Source of the DNA: Eubacteriales bacterium
GTDB lineage: Bacteria > Bacillota > Clostridia > Oscillospirales > UBA644
Assembly: GCA_045635765.1 (NCBI GenBank)
Contig: JAZTWH010000026.1
Location: 17,783-81,782, forward strand
Length of the DNA: 64,000 bases
Reading direction: 5' to 3'
The position numbers were made by a program, and so were the translations under genes. This document shows, piece after piece, positions 9,069 through 17,904 of the stretch (position 1 is its first letter; the number at the start of each line of letters is the position of its first letter). The notes beneath the pieces are model-generated. The model had not been told where the DNA came from, did not search any database, and worked only from the letters and a program-made list of their open reading frames with translations.

Positions 9069-10286
9069 TTAACAACCAAATATTTCTTCCGGGGAGCCGG
9101 TCGGAGGAGCCCCCGGGCCCGTCGTTGATTTGGGCTTCGGCCTCAACGGTTCCGCCCCATTGTCCGGCTTAGTCTCGTTGACAGGGGATGTCCCGTTGTT
9201 CGGCCCAGTCCCGTTGCTCGGCTTAGTCCCGTTGTCCGGTTTAGTTCCGTTGCTCGGGTTCGTCCCGTTGACAGGGTGCGTTCCGTTGCTCGGGTTCGAC
9301 CCGTTGCTCGGGTGCGTTCCCCCGGGGGGCTGCCTTTTTCGGGATGAGGGGGATTTTGGGGATTGAGAGGTTTCCCGGTAGACCGGCTCGTACCGCACGG
9401 TGATGGGATTGATCCGGTCTGCGAAGCGGGGGAGAAATTCGTTAAATATATCATCAGGCTCGGTGCAAAAAACCGCACCTTGCTTAATGAGCTGATTGGT
9501 TCCGACATTGATTCGGTCGGTGGGGGCTGCGGGAATGGCAAAAAGCAGTCGGTTTTGTTCTATGGCATGGCGGGCGGTGTTCATGGATCCGCTTTTTTGA
9601 GGACACTCCACCACCAATACGCCTTCGGAGAGCCCGGAAATGATCCGGTTCCGCCGGGGAAAATTGGATCCTAAGGGAGGGGTTGAGGGAAGATATTCCG
9701 AAATCAGGCCCCCGTGTTCCCGCAACAAATTGTAAAGAGTCTGATTGTTCTTTGGATAAAGAATGTCAACTCCGCAGCCCAAAACGGCAAAGGAGGCCTT
9801 CCCTTTGATCAAGGATCCCTTGTGGGCGTAGGTATCAATGCCGTCGGCCATCCCGCTGATGATCTGAAAACCGGAGAGGGCCAAGGAACAAGCGAAGGAT
9901 GCGGCCATGGCGGCGGCGTTGGGACTGCATTTCCGGGTCCCGACCACTCCAATGGCCGGCTTTTCCGGATCGGGGAGATGCCCCAGAACAAATAAGGCGG
10001 GAGGCGGATCGTCGATCTCCCGAAGGAGGGGAGGATAGTCGGGATCGTAATAGCAAATCACGTCGATTCCCTTTTTTCGGCAATCGTCCAGCACCCGTTG
10101 GGCCGGCCGGAGATCTTTGTTCAGGAAGGGCCGAGAATCGGCCTCTCCCAAATGGGGAATCAGCTCCGCCTTCGTGGCGTGATAGGCTTCCTTCCCATTC
10201 ATCACCCGGATGAGTCGGTAGGTCTTTGCCGTTCCCTGTTTCCCTGCAAGGAGAAGCCACAGGGTATACAAAGCTTGGTCGGTCAT
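9069..10286 (-). CDS. dprA: DNA processing protein DprA (Smf) with a repetitive C-terminal tail
   Basis: GMADGIDTYAHKGSL Rossmann-like DprA core. ATG 10286 is preceded by AAAGGAGAG; the track start at 10301 lies inside that RBS. The C-terminal ~85 aa are low-complexity hexapeptide repeats. Confidence 0.85.
   Translation of the reverse strand: MTDQALYTLWLLLAGKQGTAKTYRLIRVMNGKEAYHATKAELIPHLGEADSRPFLNKDLRPAQRVLDDCRKKGIDVICYYDPDYPPLLREIDDPPPALFVLGHLPDPEKPAIGVVGTRKCSPNAAAMAASFACSLALSGFQIISGMADGIDTYAHKGSLIKGKASFAVLGCGVDILYPKNNQTLYNLLREHGGLISEYLPSTPPLGSNFPRRNRIISGLSEGVLVVECPQKSGSMNTARHAIEQNRLLFAIPAAPTDRINVGTNQLIKQGAVFCTEPDDIFNEFLPRFADRINPITVRYEPVYRETSQSPKSPSSRKRQPPGGTHPSNGSNPSNGTHPVNGTNPSNGTKPDNGTKPSNGTGPNNGTSPVNETKPDNGAEPLRPKPKSTTGPGAPPTGSPEEIFGC
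9147..9326 (-). repeat. 18-bp coding tandem repeat (about 10 units) encoding G-T-x-P-x-N in the dprA C-terminal tail
   Basis: Protein reads GTHPSN GSNPSN GTHPVN GTNPSN GTKPDN GTKPSN GTGPNN GTSPVN ETKPDN GAEP. Confidence 0.85.
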
Positions 10287-10322
10287 GGGCTCTCCTTTCA
10301 TAAATTTCTTTGGTCAGGTTGT

Positions 10323-10487
10323 CGTAGGGGTGGTGCCAAAGTTACGTCAGTCAGACCACCGTGGGGTTGGTGTAAAATGGTTACGTTAGCCGAGCCACCG
10401 TGGGGGTTGGTGTAAAATGGTTACGTTAGCCGGGCCGCCGTAGGGGTGGTGCCAAAGTTACATTAGTCGGGCCGCCGTAGGGGTGGC
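10323..10487. repeat. Intergenic 36-40-bp tandem repeat, about 4.3 units in two alternating variants
   Basis: Units start near 10323, 10359, 10398, 10438 and 10475. The A-type (ccgtaggggtggtgccaaagttacRt...) flanks two B-type units (ccgtgggg(g)ttggtgtaaaatggttacgttagcc...). There is no coding potential because the units are stop-rich. Confidence 0.85.
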
Positions 10488-10505
10488 TTTGATCGTTGCT
10501 TCCCG

Positions 10506-11246
10506 TTACTTTAAGAGATAAATCATAATGGAGGCGGCGGAGGCAGCGTTGAGGGAATTGATAGGGTTTTCCATGGGGATGTATACCCGTTGGTGGGCGG
10601 TCTCCAGGAGGGTCGGGGAGATCCCCTTCCCCTCGCTGCCGATGATTACGGCTCGTTTTTTATTGAAAATCCCTTGTTCCGGCGGGACGGCAGACGGATC
10701 TAAGGCCGTTGCGAGAACCGAAAATCCGTCCTTTTTCAGTTGGGATACGGTGGCGGCCAGGTCGGTGGATTGTTCGATATGGCAGGTGCGAAAGGCTCCG
10801 GCGGTGGACATGAGGGTTTTTGCGGACCACGGATTGGCACAGTCGGGGGAAAGAATTACGCCGAAGCCGAAGGCATAGGCCGTCCGAATAATGGTTCCCA
10901 CGTTTCCGGGGTCTTGCACTCCGTCAAGAAGCACCAGCTTCTCCGGCCGTTCCGTATCCTGCCGGGTTACGGTGCAGGCAATGGTTTGATTCGACACGGC
11001 GGTGCAGATCTTTTTCATGGCCTGGGGGGAGAGAAGGTAGACGGGGGTGGATTGGGGGAGCGTAGAAAGAAACCTTTCGTGCTTTTTTGGCTCCGTGGTA
11101 AAGGCCTCTTTGACGCAATGGGGAGGTAATTCCTCCACAAAACGGGTTCCCTCAATAAAAAACCGTTCCCGCAGGGGATGACTGCGGACCTTTGCGATTT
11201 CTTTCAGGTAAGGATTTGCGGCAGAGGTAATTTCCTTCAAAATCAT
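10506..11246 (-). CDS. TrmH/SpoU-family RNA 2'-O-methyltransferase
   Basis: 246 aa. SpoU motifs LDGVQDPGNVGTIIRTA and NSLNAASAASIMIY. Its start overlaps the upstream stop (ATGA). Confidence 0.8.
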   Translation of the reverse strand: MILKEITSAANPYLKEIAKVRSHPLRERFFIEGTRFVEELPPHCVKEAFTTEPKKHERFLSTLPQSTPVYLLSPQAMKKICTAVSNQTIACTVTRQDTERPEKLVLLDGVQDPGNVGTIIRTAYAFGFGVILSPDCANPWSAKTLMSTAGAFRTCHIEQSTDLAATVSQLKKDGFSVLATALDPSAVPPEQGIFNKKRAVIIGSEGKGISPTLLETAHQRVYIPMENPINSLNAASAASIMIYLLK

Positions 11247-11887
11247 TTGGGCATCCTCGCAATATTTTCAGACATCCCGATGACCATGATTGCGTCGTTT
11301 TCGCCGAAGGGACGGTCGGGGTGGAGGTTGGTGTCCAGAAAGTCCGACCCGTTCTTGCGAACGCCGATGACGTTGACGCCGCAATGGACCCGGATGTTCA
11401 GTTCCCGGAGAGATTTTCCCACCCAGGAGGATGGAATATTCACTTCTGCAATGGATTGATCTCCGCCTAAGGGGATGAAGTCCAGCAGGTCTGCGGAAAA
11501 TTTTCGTGCAATTCGGTCTCCCATATCTATTTCGGGGCAAACGACATAGTCGGCACCGATCCGGCGGAGCAGTCGGGAATGTTTTTCATCGTAGGATTGG
11601 CAGATTACGTGCTTGGCCCCCAATTCCTTTACCAGCGTGGTGACCAGAGCACTGGACTGAATGTCCTCGGCGATGGCCACGATGACGTGATCGTAATCAG
11701 GGATGTCCAGGGCCTGCAGGGTTTCCTCGTCCAGACAGTCTCCCTGACGGGCGTCTACCTCCCCGGAAATTCGGTCGACCTTTTCCAGATCGATGTCGAT
11801 GACCAGGACCTCTTCTCCCAATCGGACCAATTCCCGGGCCGTTTCCCGTCCGAATTGGCTCAATCCGATGATTAAAAACGAGTGCAT
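11243..11887 (-). CDS. ktrA: Trk/Ktr-type potassium uptake protein, NAD-binding (RCK) subunit
   Basis: 214 aa. N-terminal Rossmann IIGLSQFGRETARELVRLGEEVLVIDID plus a TrkA_C-like C-terminus. Adjacent to the membrane subunit. Confidence 0.8.
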   Translation of the reverse strand: MHSFLIIGLSQFGRETARELVRLGEEVLVIDIDLEKVDRISGEVDARQGDCLDEETLQALDIPDYDHVIVAIAEDIQSSALVTTLVKELGAKHVICQSYDEKHSRLLRRIGADYVVCPEIDMGDRIARKFSADLLDFIPLGGDQSIAEVNIPSSWVGKSLRELNIRVHCGVNVIGVRKNGSDFLDTNLHPDRPFGENDAIMVIGMSENIARMPK

Positions 11888-11899
11888 AATTTCAACTCC

Positions 11900-13270
11900 T
11901 TATCCGATCAGAATATTGCCCTGAGGATATCGCAGGGTGTTTTTCCGCTTGCGTCGGTCGGTGAGAAGTGCGTAGGAAATGGTCAACATTCCCACCCTTC
12001 CCGAAAACATCAGAAGCATCAAAAGAATTTTGGAAAAAGCCGTCAGGGTGGGGGTTACGGAAAGGGAAAGTCCCACCGTTGCAAAGGCTGAGGTACATTC
12101 GTACAACGCGGGCAAGAATCCCAAGTCCGCCTCCGCCACGTTCAGAGCAAAGGCACAGGCCAAAATGGCGAGGAAGGGAAAAAACACCAAGACAAAGGCC
12201 CGGTAAACCAAATCGGAGGAAAGACGTCGTTTGAGCAACACCGCGTCCTTTTGTCCCCGAAAGACCGAACGGAGAGCCGCCGCCAACACCGCCACGGTCG
12301 TTACCTTGACACCCCCGCCGGTAGAACCCGGGGAGGCTCCGATGAACATCAGCACCATGGTGAGAACCTGGCCCGCCTCCGTCATGGCCCCAAGGTTCAC
12401 GGTGTTCATTCCCGCGGTCCGGGGGGATACCGATTGGAACAGGGAGGCCAAAATCTTTTCTTTCCAGGGCAAGTCCCCGAGGGTTTCCGGGTTGGCGAAT
12501 TCCAGCAAAAAGATCAGCAGGGCCCCGAGGACGGTCAAAGCCCCGGAACCGATCAGGACGGTTTTGGAGAACAAGGTGAGCTGTTTCCAGCGGTGCTTGG
12601 TATATAAGTCTTCCCAAACCAGAAAGCCCATTCCTCCCAGGACGATCAATGTCATGACCGTCAGATTTACCGTCAGATCACCGGTGTAGGCGTTGAGGGA
12701 AGAAAAGGGGCTTTGCTGTCCCATTAAATCAAATCCGGCGTTGCAGAAGGCGGAAACGGAGATGAAAATTCCTCTCCAGATTCCTCCGGCCCATCCGTAT
12801 TCCGGAATCAATCGCAGGGAAAGGATCAATGCACCGGCCCCTTCAAAGGCTGCGGTCCCCGCAAGAACGTGCTTTAAGGTGCGGGCGGCGGTCTTGTAAT
12901 CCTCCGTATTCAGGGATTCGGCCATCTGCTTGCGATTGGAAAGGGAGGAATCCCCCCGAAGAAACAGGATCAACGCCGACCCCAGGGTCATAAATCCCAG
13001 CCCTCCGATCTGAATCATGCAAAGGATGACTCCTTGGCCGAAAAAGGACCAATGGGTCGCGGTGTCGTATACCACCAATCCCGTAATGCAGGTGGCGGAG
13101 GTGGCCGTGAAGAGGGAATTGAGGAAGGGGGTCGCCCTTCCGTCGGCCGAGGATACGGGGAGGGTGAGCAACAACGCCCCCGCAAGGATGATGAGGGAGA
13201 AGCCCAGGATCAAAAGTCGGTACAGGTTTATTTTCTTCCGCTTTTCTTTTACGGCAGGAATCCGTTTCAC
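11900..13270 (-). CDS. ktrB: Trk/Ktr-type potassium transporter membrane subunit
   Basis: Four pore-loop-like motifs (TATCITGL, CNAGFDL, SPRTAGMN, GSTGGGVKV). The likely start is GTG 13270, 9 nt after AAAGGAGGG; the track TTG at 13294 lies upstream of that RBS. Confidence 0.8.
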   Translation of the reverse strand: MKRIPAVKEKRKKINLYRLLILGFSLIILAGALLLTLPVSSADGRATPFLNSLFTATSATCITGLVVYDTATHWSFFGQGVILCMIQIGGLGFMTLGSALILFLRGDSSLSNRKQMAESLNTEDYKTAARTLKHVLAGTAAFEGAGALILSLRLIPEYGWAGGIWRGIFISVSAFCNAGFDLMGQQSPFSSLNAYTGDLTVNLTVMTLIVLGGMGFLVWEDLYTKHRWKQLTLFSKTVLIGSGALTVLGALLIFLLEFANPETLGDLPWKEKILASLFQSVSPRTAGMNTVNLGAMTEAGQVLTMVLMFIGASPGSTGGGVKVTTVAVLAAALRSVFRGQKDAVLLKRRLSSDLVYRAFVLVFFPFLAILACAFALNVAEADLGFLPALYECTSAFATVGLSLSVTPTLTAFSKILLMLLMFSGRVGMLTISYALLTDRRKRKNTLRYPQGNILIG

Positions 13271-13307
13271 GCAGCCCGTCCCTCCTTTGGGCAAAATTAA
13301 CTACTAT

Positions 13308-13336
13308 ATAATAGCACTAAAAATTGTTTCTGTCAA
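13308..13336 (-). promoter_or_regulatory. Sigma-A-type promoter for ktrB-ktrA
   Basis: Minus strand reads TTGACA-17 bp-TATTAT, about 35 nt upstream of the RBS. Confidence 0.6.
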
Positions 13337-13539
13337 GTCCCTTGGGAAGACCAAAAAAAATCTTACGGGAATTTTACCTTTCCGCAACATTCTGTTTGAG
13401 AAAAATTTGCCGTTTTTTTCATTATCCCCCCGAATTCTGTCTCCTGTTCGGAGAAAAGTCACACATTTGCCGAAAAGAGTTGCGGAGTTTATGGTAGAAT
13501 CTTTATGTGTGTGCGTATAGAATCTTTGGAGGGAGCACT

Positions 13540-14721
13540 ATGGTAACGATAAAAGAAGTTAAGACGAAAGGGGATCTTCGTCGTTTCGTGGATTATCCCA
13601 ATCAACTGTATCGAGATGTTCCTCAATTTGTTCCGCCTCTGCGTTCCGACGATTTGTCCGATTGGAACCGGAAGGAAAATCCCGCCTTTGAATATTGCGA
13701 TGCAAAATGCTGGCTGGCCCTTCGAGAGGGAAAAATCGTGGGCCGCATCGGTGCCATTTTAAGTCGGAAAGCCAACGAAAAGTGGAACACCTCCCGGATG
13801 CGGTTTACGCAGGTGGATTTTATCGACGATCCCGAGGTCTCCGAGGCCCTGTTTTCCACCGTGGAGCAATACGCACGGTCGATGGGGTGCTCTCAGGTTC
13901 AGGGGCCCTTGGGCTTTACCGACATGGACCGGGAAGGAATGTTGGTGGAAGGCTTCGACCGCCGGAATATGTTTATTACGTATTATAACCACCCCTATTA
14001 CAACGAGCATCTGACCCGCCTGGGGTACGAAAAGGACGTAGACTGGATCGAGTATCTGATTCAAGTCCCCGAGGAAGATTCTCCCCAGATCGAAAAGATC
14101 CGCAGAGTTGCCAAATACATTACCCGCCACGGACAGTATCGGGTGGTAAAACTGAAAAGCCGTCGGGAGTACGGTCCCTACATCGAAAAGGTATTTCAGT
14201 TGGTCAATCAGGCGTATTCCCATTTGTACGGGACCGTGGATCTGTCCGACTCGCAGATCCGGCGGTACGCCAAAAAATTTATCCCCATGATTTCCCCCGA
14301 TTACATCTGCTTTGTGGAGGACGATAAGGGCGAGCTGGTGGCCTTCGGAATCTCTGCCCCCTCCCTGGCCGACGCGTTCAAAAAGAGCAACGGCAGACTG
14401 TTTCCTTTCGGTTGGGTGGGAGTTCTGAAAGCGTTGAATCAAAACGACGCGGCAGATCTGTTCCTCATCGCCGTCCGGCCCGATCTGCAAGGGAAGGGCG
14501 TAAATGCGGTGATTTTGAACCACATTTACAATCTTTACCGAAAGAACGGAATCCGGTGGGTGGAGACCGGCCCTCAGCTGGAGACCAATTCCAAAATTCT
14601 GGGCCAGTGGGAGATGTTCGACAAGCAGCAGCACAAACGCCGCAGATGTTACGTCAAAACTTTCTCGCCCGAAACCGTATCGGAGAAAACCCCCGAGCCG
14701 TCCCTTGTTTCCCAAGGTTGA
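13540..14721 (+). CDS. Large (~390 aa) GNAT-family acyltransferase-like protein
   Basis: ATG 13540 follows GGAGGGA. The C-terminal region AVRPDLQGKGVNAVILNH resembles the GNAT acetyl-CoA motif (Q/RxxGxG/A). Family assignment is from memory only. Confidence 0.55.
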   Translation: MVTIKEVKTKGDLRRFVDYPNQLYRDVPQFVPPLRSDDLSDWNRKENPAFEYCDAKCWLALREGKIVGRIGAILSRKANEKWNTSRMRFTQVDFIDDPEVSEALFSTVEQYARSMGCSQVQGPLGFTDMDREGMLVEGFDRRNMFITYYNHPYYNEHLTRLGYEKDVDWIEYLIQVPEEDSPQIEKIRRVAKYITRHGQYRVVKLKSRREYGPYIEKVFQLVNQAYSHLYGTVDLSDSQIRRYAKKFIPMISPDYICFVEDDKGELVAFGISAPSLADAFKKSNGRLFPFGWVGVLKALNQNDAADLFLIAVRPDLQGKGVNAVILNHIYNLYRKNGIRWVETGPQLETNSKILGQWEMFDKQQHKRRRCYVKTFSPETVSEKTPEPSLVSQG

Positions 14722-14855
14722 AGCCGTTCCTTGTATCTCAAGAATAAAGCCGGCCCTCGTGCCCCAAGGATAAACTGTCCCTTGCGGCCCAAAGTTGAAC
14801 TCGCCCCTTGATCTCAATGCTGAAATTATTCCTTATATCTCAAGGTTGAACGTCC
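14700..14855 (+). repeat. Six to seven degenerate 23-27-bp tandem units, each a small hairpin, beginning inside the last codons of the GNAT gene
   Basis: Units gtcccttgtttcccaaggttgaagcc, gttccttgtatctcaagaataaagcc, ggccctcgtgccccaaggataaact, gtcccttgcggcccaaagttgaact, cgccccttgatctcaatgctgaaatta, ttccttatatctcaaggttgaac. The first unit contains the TGA stop (14719..14721). Confidence 0.8.
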
Positions 14856-14883
14856 CAAAAACAATTAAAAACAGAACGACCCG

Positions 14884-14919
14884 ATTGCCGACACGAAATT
14901 TTGTGCCGGCAATTTTTTT
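14884..14919 (+). terminator. Intrinsic terminator of the GNAT transcript (after the hairpin-repeat array)
   Basis: attgccgacac gaaatttt gtgccggcaat forms an 11-bp stem with 1 mismatch, followed by TTTTTTT. Confidence 0.75.
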
Positions 14920-14989
14920 GCCCTTTTTGAATTGTCCTGTTTATGGGATATAAATTGTGATATACTGTAATTACAAAAGGAGGATGAAT

Positions 14990-15484
14990 ATGGCCTTTGA
15001 AATTGTTTCGGCTCCGTTGCTGTCCCTGCCTGCGGAAGCGGTGGTCAACCGGGCAAACAGCGGATTGCAGTATGCTTCGGGACTGTGCGGAGAAATTTTT
15101 GACGCGGCGGGGAAACTTCCGCTGCAACGAGCCTGTGTAGCCATCGGTTCCTGTTCCGTGGGAAATGCGGTGGTGACCGCGGGCTTCGGATTAAAAGCAA
15201 AATATATTATCCACGCCGTTCCTCCCCGTTGGTGCGGCGGAAAGCACGGGGAGGACAAGCTTCTTTGGGATTGCTACACGTCAGCCCTCCGGCTGGCCTC
15301 CCGCCTCGGGGTCGGGTCCCTTGCCTTCCCCCTCTTGTCGGAAGGTCTTTGCGGGTACCCCGTCGATCGGGGTCTTGCGGTGGCAAAAAAAGCGATCCTC
15401 AGCTTCCCTGCTTCGGAAGACATGAAGGTGTATCTTTCCCTCCCCGGTCAATCCAAAAAAATGCCTCTGTCTCCAAGATCATAA
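14990..15484 (+). CDS. Macro-domain protein (ADP-ribose / O-acetyl-ADP-ribose hydrolase-like)
   Basis: 164 aa; ATG follows AGGAGGA. Macro-domain-like motifs: AVVNRANSGLQ, GNAVVTAGFGL, IIHAVPP and SLAFPLLSEG. Confidence 0.75.
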   Translation: MAFEIVSAPLLSLPAEAVVNRANSGLQYASGLCGEIFDAAGKLPLQRACVAIGSCSVGNAVVTAGFGLKAKYIIHAVPPRWCGGKHGEDKLLWDCYTSALRLASRLGVGSLAFPLLSEGLCGYPVDRGLAVAKKAILSFPASEDMKVYLSLPGQSKKMPLSPRS

Positions 15485-15590
15485 ATTTTTATCTGTCGCT
15501 TCCGTCGTAGGCCGGCAAATACGTTTCGGCTGACTCGCGGCCGTACTGCAGAAATATTTTTGCTTAAATACTGGAGATTTTACGTTGCAG

Positions 15591-15633
15591 AAAAAAAACT
15601 GCACCCGAAAGGTTCGTAGCCTTTGGGGTGCAG
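15591..15633 (-). terminator. Intrinsic terminator after metA
   Basis: Minus strand reads ctgcaccc...gggtgcag followed by TTTTTTTT. Confidence 0.8.
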
Positions 15634-15657
15634 AGAATGGGTTGCGGCAGTTTTGTG

Positions 15658-16575
15658 TTACTTAATTTCGGAAATATCGTAGGGCGTAGTCTGATAGACG
15701 AAATAGTTCAGCCAGTTGGAATACAGCAGATTTGCATGGGAACGCCAACGGACGATGGGGGTCTTTTGGGGGTCGTCGTCGGGGAAATAATGCTTCGGGA
15801 TGTTAGGATGGATTCCCGCATCCAGATCCCGGAGGTATTCGTTTTTCAGAGTTTCTCCGTCGTATTCCGAGTGACCCGTGATGAAGATCTGCTTTCCGTT
15901 GGGGGTGGTTACGGCGTAGACCCCGGCCTCGGGGGAGGACGCAAGGATCCGTAACGTGTCTACGGCTTCAATATCCTCTCTGCGAACGGTGGTGTTTCGG
16001 GAGTGAGGGACCCAGAATTTGTCGTCGAAGCCCCGCAGTAGAATGGATCGGGGGTAATCCTTGATATGCTCAAAAACCCCGGACATTTTTTCGGGAAGGG
16101 GGACCTTGTCGATGCCGTAATGATAGTACAGTCCGGCCTGGGCTCCCCAGCAGATATGGAAGGTGGAGGTCACGTTGGATTTGGACCACTCCATGATCTG
16201 ACACAGCTCCTCCCAGTAATCCACTTCCTCAAAGGGAAGATTTTCCACGGGTGCCCCGGTAATCACCAGTCCGTCGAATTTTTGATGCTTTACGTCATCA
16301 AAGGTTTTGTAAAATTCGGCCAAATGGCTTGCGGACGTATTTTTGGACTGATGGGACTTGGTGTGGATCAGCTCCAGTTGCACCTGCAGGGGGGAGTTGC
16401 CCAAAAGACGGGAGATCTGGGTCTCGGTGGCGATCTTGGTGGGCATCAGATTCAAAAGCAGGATCTTGAGGGGACGAATATCCTGGGTGATGGCCCTCGT
16501 TTCGGTCATCACGAAAATATTCTCATTTTCCAGCGTTTTTACCGCCGGGAGTTTGTTGGGAATGCGAATGGGCAT
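15658..16575 (-). CDS. metA: Homoserine O-acyltransferase (MetA family)
   Basis: 305 aa from [23 protein letters not shown], with LNLMPTK and GLVITGAP motifs. The track ORF extends upstream into metY and is not credible. Confidence 0.88.
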   Translation of the reverse strand: MPIRIPNKLPAVKTLENENIFVMTETRAITQDIRPLKILLLNLMPTKIATETQISRLLGNSPLQVQLELIHTKSHQSKNTSASHLAEFYKTFDDVKHQKFDGLVITGAPVENLPFEEVDYWEELCQIMEWSKSNVTSTFHICWGAQAGLYYHYGIDKVPLPEKMSGVFEHIKDYPRSILLRGFDDKFWVPHSRNTTVRREDIEAVDTLRILASSPEAGVYAVTTPNGKQIFITGHSEYDGETLKNEYLRDLDAGIHPNIPKHYFPDDDPQKTPIVRWRSHANLLYSNWLNYFVYQTTPYDISEIK

Positions 16576-16597
16576 TTTCAACCTCCGAAAGGGTATT

Positions 16598-17887
16598 TTA
16601 GTCGATGGAATCCAGGGCTTGTGCCAGGTCGTCGATGAGATCCCGGGCATCCTCGATTCCGCAGGAATAACGGACCAGGTCGGGGGAGACTCCGGCGGCC
16701 AGCAATTGCTCGTCATTCATTTGACGGTGGGTGGCCGAGGCGGGATGCAGACAGCAGGTCCGGGCATCGGCCACGTGGGTCTCAATGGCGGCAATCTTCA
16801 GTTCTTTCATGAATTTTTCTGCTCCCTTGCGGCCTCCTTTGACTCCGAAGGAGACTACGCCGCAGGATCCGTTGGGAAGATATTGACGGCACAGATCGTA
16901 ATCCTCGTCTCCGGGAAGACCGGGATATTTGACCCAGGATACTTTTTCATGATTCTGCAAAAATTCTGCAACGGCCTGCCCGTTTTCGCAATGGCGTTTC
17001 ATCCGAACGTGGAGGCTTTCCAGTCCCAAATTGAGCAGATAGGCCGATTGAGGGGCGGGTGTGGCTCCCAAGTCCCGCATCATCTGGGCCGTAGCCTTGG
17101 TAATATAAGCTCCTCCTTTGCCGAAGCGTTCGGCATAGGTGATCCCGTGATAGCTTTCGTCGGGAGTGCAAAGACCGGGGAATTTCTCTGCCCGGGCCAT
17201 CCAGTCGAAGTTCCCGCTGTCCACAATACAACCGCCGACGGCAGAGCCGTGGCCGTCCATATATTTGGTGGTGGAATGGGTCACGATGTCTGCACCCCAT
17301 TCAAAGGGTCTGCAGTTGACGGGAGTGGCAAAGGTGTTGTCGATGATCAGAGGGACCCCGTGGGCGTGGGCGGCGTCGGCAAAGCGACGGATGTCCAGAA
17401 CCCGGAGGGAGGGGTTGGAAATGGTTTCTCCGAATACCGCCTTGGTATTGGGACGGAAGGCTCCTTCCAGCTCTTCCGCAGAGCAGTCGGGAGCCACGAA
17501 GGTAAATTCAATGCCCATCTTCGCCATGGTAACGGCAAAGAGGTTGAAGGTTCCTCCGTAGATGGCCGAGGAGGCCACCACGTGATCCCCGGTCTCCGCA
17601 ATGTTAAAGACGGCAAAAAAGTTTGCCGATTGGCCGGAGCAGGTCAGCATGGCGGCGGTTCCGCCTTCCATTTCGCATATTTTTTTTGCAACCGTGTCGC
17701 AGGTGGGATTCTGAAGGCGGGAATAAAAATACCCGCTGGCCTCCAGGTCAAAAAGCTTGCCCATTTCCTCGCTGGTGGCATATTTAAAGGTCGTGCTTTG
17801 AATGATGGGAATCTGCCGGGGTTCTCCGTTTTGGGGAGTATATCCTCCCTGAACGCACTTGGTTCCGATACCGTGTTCTTTCATCAT
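16598..17887 (-). CDS. metY: O-acetylhomoserine aminocarboxypropyltransferase (sulfhydrylase), PLP-dependent
   Basis: 429 aa. Cys/Met-metabolism PLP family with [11 protein letters not shown] (PLP lysine). Immediately upstream of metA. Confidence 0.88.
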   Translation of the reverse strand: MMKEHGIGTKCVQGGYTPQNGEPRQIPIIQSTTFKYATSEEMGKLFDLEASGYFYSRLQNPTCDTVAKKICEMEGGTAAMLTCSGQSANFFAVFNIAETGDHVVASSAIYGGTFNLFAVTMAKMGIEFTFVAPDCSAEELEGAFRPNTKAVFGETISNPSLRVLDIRRFADAAHAHGVPLIIDNTFATPVNCRPFEWGADIVTHSTTKYMDGHGSAVGGCIVDSGNFDWMARAEKFPGLCTPDESYHGITYAERFGKGGAYITKATAQMMRDLGATPAPQSAYLLNLGLESLHVRMKRHCENGQAVAEFLQNHEKVSWVKYPGLPGDEDYDLCRQYLPNGSCGVVSFGVKGGRKGAEKFMKELKIAAIETHVADARTCCLHPASATHRQMNDEQLLAAGVSPDLVRYSCGIEDARDLIDDLAQALDSID

Positions 17888-17904
17888 TGATTCCTCCTAA
17901 GGGA

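Noticed and set aside
10323-10487. Possible CRISPR array (regular ~38-bp repeats); the same question applies to 14700..14855
   Set aside because: The units are directly adjacent with no unique spacers, the repeats are degenerate, and no cas genes are present. These are plain tandem repeats.
13271-13336. c-di-AMP (ydaO-type) riboswitch expected upstream of ktr genes
   Set aside because: A near-consensus promoter leaves only ~35 nt of leader before the RBS, which is too short for that riboswitch.
16358-17890. 510-aa plus-strand ORF
   Set aside because: It is antisense to metY and metA. Shadow ORF.
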